The position numbers were made by a program, and so were the translations under genes. DNA of 64,000 nt from NCBI GenBank assembly GCA_039621445.1, contig CP154954.1, positions 46,913,847 to 46,977,846 on the forward strand, read 5' to 3'. Source of the stretch: Euglena gracilis. Lineage: Eukaryota. Shown here in pieces: positions 46,601 to 58,486 of the stretch. The notes under the pieces were generated by a model, which was given only the letters and a program-made list of their open reading frames with translations, did no database searches and had not been told where the DNA came from. Within the stretch, counting starts at the first letter, position 1, and every line of letters starts with the position of its first letter.

Positions 46601-49188
46601 TGGCAACAAGTTATTTTTGAAGTCTCTTTCCAAAAAATCCCACAAACTTTCGCTGCGGGAGCCAAATTGCTGCTCAACACGCAGATCACTTGATTTGGGC
46701 TCGGTGTGTGCTGCTTCTGAGCACTTGCCTGATTGTGGCCCTGGTGTTGTCTGTCTTGAACAGTTCACAACTTTGAACGGCACCATACTGCCAAAACAGG
46801 GAAGCCAAAGCCTCAGGATCCAAAGGAATGTTGCAAGATATGTGCAGCGTGTCGCACGGTGGGCGGATGTGATCGAAGTTCCTGCTCTCTGGCTTCCGGA
46901 AACGATGCATGTCAGAGTTGCTGAAATCTTGGGTAAGACCATCGTCCTCTGCTCCTGTTGACATCAAATAGGGGTGATGCAACCAGACTGATATTTTGGT
47001 GCTCTTTCTTTCCAACCGGCCTGCCCGAGTCAGGAATTTTCTTGCGGAATCTCCTGGGGGGAGAGGGGGGCCAGCTGGAAAAAGGTGCTGGCTGGACACC
47101 CCGGGGGGCTGGCAGCGGCACTCAGTGGGTACCCCACCCAAAAGCAGGCAAAAACAGTCCAAATCCAAGTCTGGCTGGGCCTGTTGGGTTGAAAAAAAAG
47201 GTGGGGTGGGCTCCCCTCCAGTTTTCACATTTTTTTTGCAGTGACACCCCGGGGGTTTGTATCAAAAGCCATTGGAGATCAGGCGGTGAACTTTGGGTTT
47301 TTCGGGCGGGACCCCCCCCCACCCCCCCCTCTTCATTGGAAATACATGGCGGTGAACTTCACCGGTGAACTTCACCGGTGAAGTTTCTCCATTGAAATTC
47401 CTTTAGGGGCGAAGCCCCCACCCCCCCCCCCCCACCCCTGCCTAACCTCCATTCAAGTGATTGCATCGTTCCGCCACCAGAATGCGAAGAAAGGAAATTC
47501 GGAAATTTTGGTTCTTGAAGGAATAGGGTTAGGGTTAGGTTTTCGGTTTGGTGGTGCTCGAGTAGCAAACATGACCGGAAATTCCTTTAGAGAAAACTAA
47601 CACCATTTTTTGGTGGGGGGGGTTTCCCACTGGGGTGGCAGGAGGAGTTCACGAAGACTAAACCAGGTTCCACTCCTCGAAAGTTTGGGACTTGACTTGG
47701 AACAGAAATTGATCCAAAATGCTGACCAATCTCTGACAAAATTCGAAAACTTGGGGTGAATGAGGGAGTGGGATTTTACGCTTCAAATTTTGGTAAAACT
47801 CCAAGCCTGACTGCAGGCTAAAAGTTATGCTGAAGACCCAAGACCGATTCCCCACCACAATTCTCAATAAAATTTGGTGAGGGTCGCAGAGCGACGGAAG
47901 GGTTGGCAGCTGATTGTGATAAAAACCGTCAGGACAACGCTCATCACTGATCAATTGTTGCCAGAAAAAACCCGGAAACCCAGAATTGAGACCAGCCTGT
48001 GCGTGACCAGCTGACTTGGAGAATCTTTCCGATGAGAGGGCATCTGTTCAAGTTGGTGAGTGCTGACCAGGCTTGGCTGGAGTCCCGGAATTCCAGCAGT
48101 GCCATGTCACGCTTCCTGAACAGCTTTTTCACCTTCATGACATCTCCTGCTGTGCCAAATAAGTTGAACAGTATCTGTGGCGTTGCCCTTTCATCCACAT
48201 TTTTAACCCACAAAACACGTTGATAAGAAGTCGCTGGAGGAGCAGGATACAACTGTGCCTGCTGTTGCCACATTTGGCTGCCATCATCTTGCGGTTGTTG
48301 TGGTGGTGGTGGCTGATAAGTCATGGTGCTGGATGTTCCGTAGGCGGGTTGCATTGGTGGAGGAGGAGCTGCTGGGGGAATTCCAGTGGAAGCCATGGGA
48401 TAAGCTGGAGGTCCCAGGGCACCTGGCGGAGTTGAGAGCAAGGACGGTTGTCCCTGGTTCTCAACTGTGTAATCCTTTGCACACAACTTTGCATCAATGG
48501 AAGTTAGTCTTCAGCAGACGCCAACTTGCACTGCTTGATTTGAAAAAATAAAATGTATTCAGAAATCAAAAGGCTGTGAGTTGGCGTTTGACCGGGAGAA
48601 TTGAATCTGCATGTGGCAAGATCCAGTAAAAATGTGTTTTCCATTGAACTGCTCTTTTGCGGTGGCAGCTTCTTGAACACTCTCCATCTCCACAAAGCCT
48701 TGAATTTGTCCATTCTTGGGTGATATTGCAACTTTCCGCACTCGTCCAGCCATGGAAAACACTTGGTACAAAGTGTCAACATCCACGGGATGAAGGAGCA
48801 GAGTGACCAGGACAAATAGAATGTTGTTTGGAGGCGTTTCATGCAAATCAGTGTGCAGTGTCAGATTTTGCCTGTCCGAGTACACAACCTTTACGTGCTT
48901 CCCACGTACAATGGTGTTGCCTCCGGTGTTGTGCATGAATTTTTGGGCTGACTGTAGGGAAGCAAACTCGACGAAAGCCTCCTTCTTGTTCAACAGCTTC
49001 AGGATATTTGTGACAACACCAAAAGGTGCACATGCAGCATTAATCTCGGAGTCAGTTGCATAGTCTGGTAGGTGGCGGAAGTAGAGTACCCGGCTTGGAC
49101 TACTCATCAATCCGGATTGCCCAAACCTATCGCCAGCCTCTGCAGTAGGTGGTCTTCTCACACCGCCAGGAACGTCATTCAGGAACAT
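43684..49188 (-). CDS. PTB: Polypyrimidine-tract-binding protein / hnRNP L family protein, 4 RRMs, 9 exons
   Basis: Exons 49188-48593, 48508-48003, 47956-47927, 46954-46735, 45268-45200, 44946-44797, 44738-44679, 44024-43945 and 43685-43684 join in frame. PTB-like motifs: PSRVLYFRHLP, HPVDVDTLYQVFS, QFSRLTSI..KDYT, ATPQILFNLFG..GDVMKVKKLF, EDDGLTQDFSNSDMHRFRKPESRNFDHIRPPCDTLHIS, IKMDSVESAVHALVALH. Confidence 0.9.
45458..45740. mobile_element. hAT-like MITE nested in PTB intron 4
   Basis: Perfect 16-bp TIR CAGGCTTCTTTTTAAG and perfect TSD GAGGGGAA. Confidence 0.92.
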
Positions 49189-49291
49189 TCAGCGACCTTT
49201 CGCCTTCAAGGAAGAAGAAAAATCATTGAAAAGGGGTTGTAGTAATTCCTAATTCCCACACACAAAAGAACTTTTCTGTTCGAGACCAAAG
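49189..49291. promoter_or_regulatory. 103-bp divergent intergenic region with putative spliced-leader acceptor sites on both strands
   Basis: Minus strand: TTTTTCTTCTTCCTTGAAG shortly before the PTB ATG. Plus strand: CTTTTCTGTTCGAG 7 nt before the Alba ATG. Confidence 0.5.
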
Positions 49292-49741
49292 ATGGCTGAG
49301 GAGCAAACTCCAGCGCCCGCAGAACATAAAGAGGGAACTGCGAACACCATCAGTGTTAGCTTGCAGCGATCTCCTGTGTTCTATGCTAACCTTACGAAGC
49401 GATTCCTTCATGGTTCTCCTTCTTTTTTTAAAGGACTGCAGACAATTTGTTTTGTTTTTGTAGGTGGTGAACTGGAAGTCAAGCTTACAGGTTTAGGTGA
49501 TGCCACCACAACCGTTGTTGGTGCCTGTGAGATTCTCAAGAGACAAGAAGGGTTAGTCACGGTTTGCTTCGGAAAGGAATATTTACCACGTCAAAATTCC
49601 TCTTGCCTGTAGGTTACAAAGGTTGAAACTTCGCTCTCTGAGCGTGGTCAAGCACGCTTGATGGTTGTTGTTACGAAGGGACCAAAGTTCGATGAGTTGG
49701 ACAAGGACCCAGCGGAGAAGGGGGAGGCAAAGGCGGTATGA
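49292..49741 (+). CDS. ALBA: Alba-family RNA/DNA-binding protein, 3 exons (~115 aa)
   Basis: Exons 49292-49412, 49464-49561 and 49613-49741 with two 51-bp GT-AG introns. ISVSLQRSPVFYANLTKRFL..EVKLTGLGDATTTVVGACEILK..VTKVETS..RLMVVVTKGPKFDEL fits the Alba pattern. Confidence 0.88.
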
Positions 49742-50355
49742 CACTGTAGTTACGTCACCATCCTTATGAATTTATCTTTCAGGGCGCTGAGAAGGACTCC
49801 ACAGGTTTGCAACTCTGTGACACGGAAACTTAAGAATTGGGATTTTTTCCAAGTGGTATTTCTTCTTTTCTTTGTGCAACATCCATCGGTCACTCAATTC
49901 GATGTTGTTAATTGAAGAATTTGGCCCTTTGACATGAATACACTGTGCCGGAATTTCCAGCATTTTTCCAGCACCTCCGAAAAGTGCCAAGAGCCACAGG
50001 AAAAGTTGCCTCCACAAATGAATGAATTCAAGAAAATTTGAGTGAAAAAAGAGTTGATCCATTGAACAACAAAGGAAACTGAATTTTTCAGAAAAAGAAA
50101 AAAAATTGATGAACGTTGGACAAAAAAATTCTCCATCTTTTTCCCCATCTCAACACATTTTCCCATCCTTGTTGGGAAGTGACCAATTGTGCAGAAGAAG
50201 GGCGCAAGGTATTCTTCTTCGACAAATTTTGTGGTGCTGGCAGGCACTGAATTATCCCCTTCACCCAACGACCCTGACACCTGGCCAAAATCCTCTGCTT
50301 TGCCCGAGTGACGTGATGGCACTTTTTTTCGCTGATTTTTGTGCATAAAAAGCCT

Positions 50356-51188
50356 CTGATACGAAAACTGTGTTCAGAACGCAGCCCGAACCGGCGTTCC
50401 GGAACACGGCTTCACACCCGAACCGGCGTTCTGAACACAGTTGTTGAACCCGTGGATTAGAGGCTCAGCTTCACGCCCGAACCGGCGTTCAAGGAATCAC
50501 GGCCAATTTCGGCCTAAACACTCATTTTTTGAACCTTTTTGAGCATTTTTGACCTCCTTTGGGGGAAGGGCCATGTCGATCGGCCGATTGAAGTTTTCAC
50601 AAATGTGATGCCATGTTACCCATCGATCGAAGCTCTTCTCAAGGGCTTTTGACAGATGGCCACAGGATTCAGCCATTATGCACACAGTGCTTGTTTTTTT
50701 CAGCGATCGTGTGTTTCAAAATTTGACATCCTAATTTGTGAAATCCCACACCTCAGGTGCCATACAGCATATCAATCGAAAGCTCTCCCCATGAGCTTTC
50801 ATTTGGTACCCTTAGAACCACAGAGCCACACTGCACAGCGCCCTGAAAATCGCTGATCGCATGTTTCGACCCTTTTCGCAAATTCTAAATCCACTGTTCA
50901 CCTGTCATGTTGCCCCTTGTTTGAAAGCTCTTCTCAAGGGCTTTCAGCAGATGGCCTTAGATTTCAGCCGTGCTGCATGGTAATCTATTTCACAAAATCG
51001 CCAAGTTTAGCCAAATGGAAATTGTTGCACAAAATACCCCAATTTCTGGCCAAACACCCCCCAAAAACTGCTCAGATACGATTGCTTTTTATTTTGGTCC
51101 CCTGGACGCCGTCTTCCCGCCCGAACCGGCGTTCTGGAACACGGCTTCACGCCCGAACCGGCGTTCTGGACACAGTTTTCGTATCAAA
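50356..51188. mobile_element. TIR element with CCCGAACCGGCGTTC subterminal repeats (related inverted copy at ~61985-63060)
   Basis: TGATACGAAAACTGTGT.CAGAACG termini in inverted orientation; long internal homology to 62080-63060. Confidence 0.75.
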
Positions 51189-51889
51189 CTGGGCTCAGCC
51201 ACAATTTGTTTAAAAACGTGTTCAGAGCCCGCCAAATGCCTGCCCTGAAATTCGTGGTCATGATTCACGCAAGGGGTCAAAAACACAAAAATGTGAAATT
51301 CGGACCAAAAAACAGCGCCCTAATGGAAAACGTGTCATTGCCACAGATGCCCTCATTGAAAACGTGTCTAACCACAGATGCCCTCCCCTTTTTTTCCGCA
51401 GCCCTCCCACTATGGCTAAACGCACGGCAAACTTTGTGAATGGTCTTTTGCGGCTCATTGCGGGAAATTGGTGATGGACTTTTTGGTGGTCGGTACCGAC
51501 TAGTCGGTACCGACTGTTGGTGATGGCCTACCGACCATTGGTGGTCGGGCCGACTAGTCGGCCCGACCACCAACTTTAAGTCCACCCCCCCCCTCCAAAA
51601 AAGTTTTTAAGCCCCCCCCCCCTCCAAAAAAAATTCATTGAAATATGAAGGAAAATGACTCGAAACCCACCCAAATGCCTTCAGAAACCCCCATTCGGGG
51701 GTCCATTTGCCAAAAAAAATTGGGTAATATGTTCTTTTTGCGCCAGTTCTGTGAAACTTGTCTTTGTCCAGGAGTCCAGTTGGACGGGTGGGGGTCCGGG
51801 GGGGGGGGCGGCGACCCCCCCCCCCCCCCGGAGGAGGCCGTAGTAGGAGGGCCAAATCGTGCTCCCGAAGGAACCCCGATATGCGAACT

Positions 51890-53940
51890 ACGCGCACCGT
51901 AAACAAAACAGTCCTAAGGCGCCTTCGGCGCCCTTGGTCGTCAAGGGGGGGGGGGGCTGCCGCCCCCCCCCCCCCGCACCCCCCCGCCCCCGCCCTCCAA
52001 TAACAAAATCCCCTCCGGGGGGTACCCGACCCAGGGCCAGGCGCGCATGTAATGCCACGCGCACCGTAAACAAAACAGTCCTAAGGCGCCTTCGGCGCCC
52101 TTGGTCGTCTAGCGGGGGGGGGCTGCCGCCCCCCCCCCCGCGCCCCCCGCCCTCCAATAACAAAATCCCCTCCGGGGGGTAACCGACCCAGGGCCAGGCG
52201 CGCATGTAATGCCAGCGCACCGTAAACAAAACAGTCCTAAGGAGCCTTTGGCGCCCTTGGTCGTCTAGCGGGGGGGGGGGGGGCTGCCGCCCCCCCCCCG
52301 CACCCCCCCCCGCCCCCAATAACAAAATCCCCTTGTGTGTGCAAGGCAAGGAAGGCCGAAATCGTGCTCCTTATTTGGACAAAGACACTTTCACAGCTGG
52401 CGCAAAAAGAAGATATTACACCAAATTTTGCAGATGGACACGAATGGGGTTTCTGAGGCATTGGGGGGGGTTCGAGTCCTTCATATTTGAATGAATTTTT
52501 TTTAGGGCGGGGGCGCAATCAGACCAGGTCGGAGGGCGGCCCCCCGTGGTCGTCTAAGCGGGGGCGGGCTGCCGCCCCGCGCCCCCCACCCGCTTAGCGA
52601 CCCGGCACCAATGGTCGCTTTTGGTTCCGACCGCGTGGCGCCCTGCCCGTCTAGTTTTTTCCCCCCGGCCCGGTCAGCGGCGCTTCATCGCCCCCCCCCC
52701 CCCGAACACCCCCCATACAAGAAACAAACCCCCTTTTCCTGGCACGGGCTAACCGAGGGGGCCGGGCCCCTCATGCCAGCCGCCGTGTGAAATCATGAGA
52801 CCGTTTGCGCTGGCGCTTTTATTACCCTTTCGTTCTCGCTTCTGCCCCAGCCTCTCCCCTCTGCGGGTGCCCCCCCCCCCCCCCCCCCCGCACCCCCCCG
52901 GGCTGCCACCGTTTTTATGTGACATACCAACAGGCGCCTCGTTGTGGCGCCCGTGGTCAAAGGTCCAAAACAGCTTCCCGCCCCGCTTAGCCCCACCCCC
53001 CCCCCGGACGGCCCCCACCGCCCCAACCAAGAAACCCCCCCTCTTTTCCCCGGGGCCACAGTTTTTGTGAGCCGGACCCCCCGACGCCCTGAACACAATC
53101 ATCCCAATTGGGCTGCGCCGGCTTCGGCTGCGTTTCCCTTGAGGGTAGCCTTGGCGCCCCCCCGCATCCCCTCCCCCGCCCCCCCCGCCCCCCAATAACA
53201 AATTTTGCTGCGGGACCGTTTTTTTTGCAATCAGACACCCATTGTCGGCGCACCTTCACCACCTTGTCGTAGCGGGGGGGGCTCCGCACCCCCCCTCCCC
53301 AAGCAATAACAAAATTTGCCCGATCCACCTTTGTGACATACCCCCAATGACCCATTGTCGCAACGTTCGCACCCCTTTTGCTGGCCCTCCGCCCCCCCAC
53401 ATTGCCCCCGCCCAGATCCTCCCCCAAGCCCTAAACCCCAGCCCAAAATCCCACCCTTTCCTGCTGCCCACCGTTTTAGTGGCCCCACCACGCTCGGCGC
53501 CCTTGTCCTAGGCTTCCCCCCCCCCCCCGCAATCCCCCCCGATCCCTTTTTTTTGGCTGCCGGTGGTTTTTGTTGCCTGCGCAATCAGACACCCATTGTC
53601 GAGGCGTGGGGTCGTCTGCGGGGGGGGATGGTGCGCCACGACCCCGACCCCCCAATAACAAACCCCTGCTCCGTGCGAGCCTTCGGAACCCCTCTAGCGG
53701 GGCACGCCCACACCCGCGCCCAAAACTCTCCCAGGGGCCCCCGTCAGGCGACCCCCCCCCCATGTCCTTCACGGCGTCGGCCCTTTTCGTCTAACAGAGG
53801 GGGTCGGCGCACGGAGGGCGCCCCCCGCCCCCCCCCCCCCCAATCTTCCCTTTGCTGGGACCGTTTCCAGAGCCTGCCCCCCCGTCGAGCGGCTTCGGCC
53901 GCCTTGTCGTCCCCCCCCGCCCCCCCCCCAAGTAACACCC
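51890..53940 (+). repeat. ~130-bp GC-rich satellite (about 3 clear units, then degenerate copies)
   Basis: Repeated GGCGCCTTCGGCGCCCTTGGTCGTCTAGC-G(n)-CTGCCG-C(n)-AATAACAAAATCCC. Confidence 0.8.
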
Positions 53941-53944
53941 TCCG

Positions 53945-55930
53945 TTTTACGTATCACATGTATCACGGCCTAAAAATTAATGTATCACATTTGTATCACC
54001 AAAAAATTTTAAATGTATCACATATGTATCACCAATAAAATTATAATGTATCACATATGTATCACCAAAATTTTTCATAAGAATTTCCTTTTTTACATCA
54101 AAATGTTTTTCCCCCTTTCTGTTCCGCTTTTCATCCTTGTTTCTTTGCCTCTCTGCAGACAAATGGTACATTTTTCTTGTGATAATGCTTTCGGCAATGT
54201 GTTACGACTCACCAATTCGGCAATTTTTTTTTCCAATTTGATGTCGGGATTATAGTAATTACCTCCCCCCCCCCCCGGGCGCTTGGCCTCCCCAAGTAAT
54301 ACCCCCCCCCCTCGGGGGACTTCGGGCAAAAAAATAATACCCCGGGTATTATTTGGGGGGGTTTACTCTTGGCAATGGTTTAAGGCTGTGTTTATAGCAA
54401 CATGGCTTTGGTCAAAGTCTGTGTTTCTAAACACAGACTTTGACGTGCCGAAGTCCGTGTTTAGAAACACAGACTTTGACCTAAGTCTGTGTTTCTAAAC
54501 ACGGACTCCGACCAAGAAAACTGTGTTCACAGTATTTGGACCCTGAAACATCCCAATGATGCAGAAACAAAGGACTTTGGGGGGGTCAATTTTTGGGCTT
54601 TGGCGCCTTCGGAGCCAAGAGAAAATGGCCCCTTTGAGGGGGGGGGGGAACAAATTTGCCAAAACGGCCATTGTGAGGGAGGGGACACTTGGGGGGGGGG
54701 GGCAATTTTTGGGCTTTGGCGCCTTCGGCGCCAAGAGAAAATGGCCCCTTTGAGGGGGGGGGGGGACAAATTTTGAGGGAGGGGACACTTGGGGGGGGGG
54801 GGGGCAATTTTTGGGCTTTGGCGCCTTCGGCGCCAAGGCCACTTGGGGGGGGGGACAAATTTGCCAAAACGGCCATTGTGAGGGAGGGGACACTTTGGGG
54901 GGGTTAACTTTTGGGCGCCAAGAGAAAATAGCCACTTTGAGGGGGGGGGACAAATTTGCCAAAACGGCAGGGAGGGGACACTTTGGGGGGGTCAATTTTT
55001 GGGCTTAGGCTCATTTGGCGCCAAGAGGAAATGACCACTTTGAGGGGGGGGACAAATTTGCCAAAATTTTTGACCACTCTGAGGGGGGCACTTTGAGGAG
55101 GGTGAGGGTCTTTTTTTCTGTCCCAAGTGGCCTAGAGGGTGGCTCCCCAAAAATATCACCATACAAGGTTAGGTTAGGTAACATCTGTGCTCATTAACTT
55201 TTGGGAGCCTACCAAAGAAGTCATGGATCGTGGGTGCAGCGCCCGGAGCATTCTCATCAACATTGCAAATTGAAGCACGCAAAATGGGGTATGCAAAAGG
55301 AAGGAGACGATGTAATCTTGTGTCATTTCTTCACATATGTTCCCATGTTTAACGGTAATGTTACCACTATTTCGAAAGGATTCTAGTTCGGAAGACCACA
55401 GACGGCGGCCAAAAGCTGCCCGGCGGACACATTTTCTTATTCTGAAAAGGTTTCCGGCGTCCCAGAGCTGTGCAGCGGATCCTAATTCAGCATCGCTTTG
55501 TCCCAAAAATCTGTCGTCAGTCTGCCGTCCGTCGTCAAGGTTGAGAAACACAGACTTTGACCAAAGCCATGTTGCTTTATAAACACAGCCTTAAATAACT
55601 GCGTCTTAAACGCGGACTCTGACCTGAGTCTGCGTTTCGAAACACAGACTCAGGTCAGAGTCTGCGTTTAAGACGCAGTTCTTGATATGGCGGAATTGTT
55701 GTCTCGGAATCCTGGCTTCCGCGTTTTGAAGGTTCCCTTTGGAAGGAGCGGCTGAGAAGTTGCTGACAAAAAAAGACAAAAAAATTTGTGTATCACATGT
55801 GTATCACCAAATTTTTTTTAACGTATCACATATGTATCACCAAAATTTTTTTAATGTATCACATATGTATCACCAAAATAAAATTAATGTGTATCACAGA
55901 TACGTTGTGATACGCACTAAATGGCGGTCT
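53945..55930 (+). mobile_element. Second, 5'-truncated copy of the ATGTATCAC hAT family, with nested repeats
   Basis: Same subterminal arrays and 3' TIR (GTGATACGCACTAAATGGCGGTCTG) as 6920-8167. Nested: an inverted-repeat element at ~54381-55685 and a tandem repeat at ~54570-55095. Confidence 0.75.
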
Positions 55931-58486
55931 GGCTCCAAGGCAACGTCTAGCCTTCTGTTGTGTTGTAGAGTGCCCCCGACCCGCCTCACTCGTTGAGGAC
56001 CACCTCGGCCTCTCAACCTCTCGCCGATTTTTCATGATAGCGATTTTTGCTTCTTGCTCGGGGTTGCCACAGATGCCTTAATGGAAAACGTGCCTGACCA
56101 CAGATGCCCTAATGGAAAACGTGTCGTTGCCACAAATGCCCTAATGGAAAACGTGTTCATGACCACGAATTTCAGGGCAGGCATTTGGCGGGCTGAACAC
56201 GTTTTTAAATTTTTCAAAGGAATTTTGATTATAGGTCGGTAAAGGTCGGGCCGACCATGGTCGGCCCGACCTGTTTGTTACTGACCATTATGGTCGGCCC
56301 GACCATTTGGAGGTCGGGCCAACCATATGGTCGGTTGAAACGACTTCCATGGTTTTCCATTTCAGAAGCATAAAAATCCTTGGCCAAACCCTGTGGAACA
56401 TACAGATGGCTATTTACCTACCTGGGTGCGCACAAAAAGGAGTTTGTTGGGGGGCGCGTTTTGGCCATCCTTGCCTTGCACACACAAGGGGATTTTGTTA
56501 TTTTATGTTATATTGTTATTTTAGGCGGGGGGGGGGCGGGCCGACTAAGTTCGCGTTTTTCATTTTTTTTCCACATGGGATGCTTTTTGACAGTTTCAAG
56601 GTGATTCCAATGTGTTTCCATCCTTTTTGAGTCAAATTTGCCGAATCAATTTTTGAGGGGGGGGCTCCGTGCGGATTTCCGGTGGTGGTCGCTGTGGTGG
56701 TCGGGCCGACCATGGTCGGCCCTACCTGTGGTGGTGGTCGACCGACCTGTGGTGGTCGGGCCGACCAGGTCGGGCCGACCACCATTTTTTTGCACTACCC
56801 CCCCCTTTTTTGCATTTTTAAGCCCCCCCCCCCTGGTCGGTGGCTGGTCGGTGGGCATAAAAATGGTCTGTGAAGGCCCCAAATCACCCGGAAATGCACT
56901 TATGGCAAGTTCTCCCCCCCCCCCAGGACCATGTCCTGGGGGGTCCTGGGGGGGGTCCTGGGGGGACCTGGGGGAGTGCTTCGGAGGGTGCTGGGGGGGG
57001 GTGCTGGGGGGGTCCTTGGTGGGTCCCGCATTTTTTTTGGCAAAAATTTTGCAGCACAAGCTCAGGTTATTCTAAAGTGGGTCGCCACCGCCCCCCGGTG
57101 GGTCCTGGGGGGGTCGTAGGGGGAAACTGGCCATGACTCTCACGAGAGGCAGAAAACTCCCCCCTCCACCCGATCCGAAGTTTTCTTTCAGGGGGGGGTT
57201 TAAAAGTCGGCAGTTGACTCAGTAGCACAGAGTGGGTAGTTCGCCGACTAGTCGGCCAACTGGCCCCCCCCCCCCCCCTGTCTCACCGACTAGCTGCCGA
57301 CCAGGCCAACCGACCAATTGGCGCCGTCGGTCGGCCAACCAATTGGCTAGTCAGCCGACTAGTCGGCCGACCAGCCCCCCTTTCCAGCCTGCCACCAAAC
57401 AGTTGAAGGGTCGATCGTGACTGATGCGTGAAAAAGTGGTGCCTGCAGGGGACCAGCTACCCCAAAGAGGCGCCCAACTAGGGTTAATACACATTGGGGG
57501 ACCCTCGCTCGGCGCCTTCGGCGCCTCGCTCGGGTCCCCCAATGTTTTTATGGGTCCCCTGCAGACACCAATTTAACGACGTTGAGGGGATGGGATGGGA
57601 CACTTAGGGATGGAAACTTGACCCTAACCCTACTCTTTTAAATAACGTCATCAACTTTTCAAGTTCTGAATTGCAGCGGCCTTCGGCCGCTGCGCGGGCT
57701 TCGGCCTTCGGCCGATGCACGTCCTTCGGCCAGGCGGCCTTCGGCGCGCATGGCGGTAGATTGGCAGGGGGGGGGTGGTCGGTTGACTAATGGTCGGTAG
57801 CTAGTTGGCGAGACGGGGTGGCGGGGTATTGGGTAGTTGGCCGACTGGTTGGTCTGAATTGCAGCGGCCTTCGGCCGTTGCGGCGGCCCTCGGCCGCTGT
57901 GCGGCCTTCGACCAGGCCTTCGTGGCGCATGGCAGTAGACTGGGGGGTGGGGGGGGGGGAGTCAGCCGACTAATGGTCGGTAGCTGGTCGGCGAGACGGG
58001 GTGGGGGGGTATTGGGTAGTCTGACTACCCACTCTAATGTACTAACGGGTCAGTACGGCTCCGTGCGGAAAATCGCGGGTGACCAAATTGCGGGTCGGGC
58101 CGACCTGGTCGGCCCGACCTGTGGTCGGCCCGACCTGTGTGGGTGGCTTACCGACCTGTGTGGGTCGGGCCGACCAGGTCGGGCCGACCCACAATATTCC
58201 GCACTACCCCCCCCCCCGCCCCCCCCTTTTTTGAAATTTAAGCCCAAAAAACTCATGTGCAAATCACCCCAAAACCAGTCAAAACCCACTGAAATGGCTC
58301 CAGAACCCCCCAATCGGGGGTGAATATGCCAAAACTTGGGGGCAAAATGCCCATTTTGGGCCACTTTTGGGAAAAGCATAGGGGGTGCTCCCCGGGCAGT
58401 CATTGGGGGGGGGGTTAAACCCTTTTTTCAAAGGGGGGGGGGGGGGGCGTTTGGTCAATTAGGGGGGGTTCAATTAGGGGGGGGGG

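Noticed and set aside
46723-46729. GC donor AG|GCAAGT in the PTB gene
   Set aside because: Out of frame with the nearby AG acceptors; the nonconventional boundary at 46734 restores RATIKMDSV.
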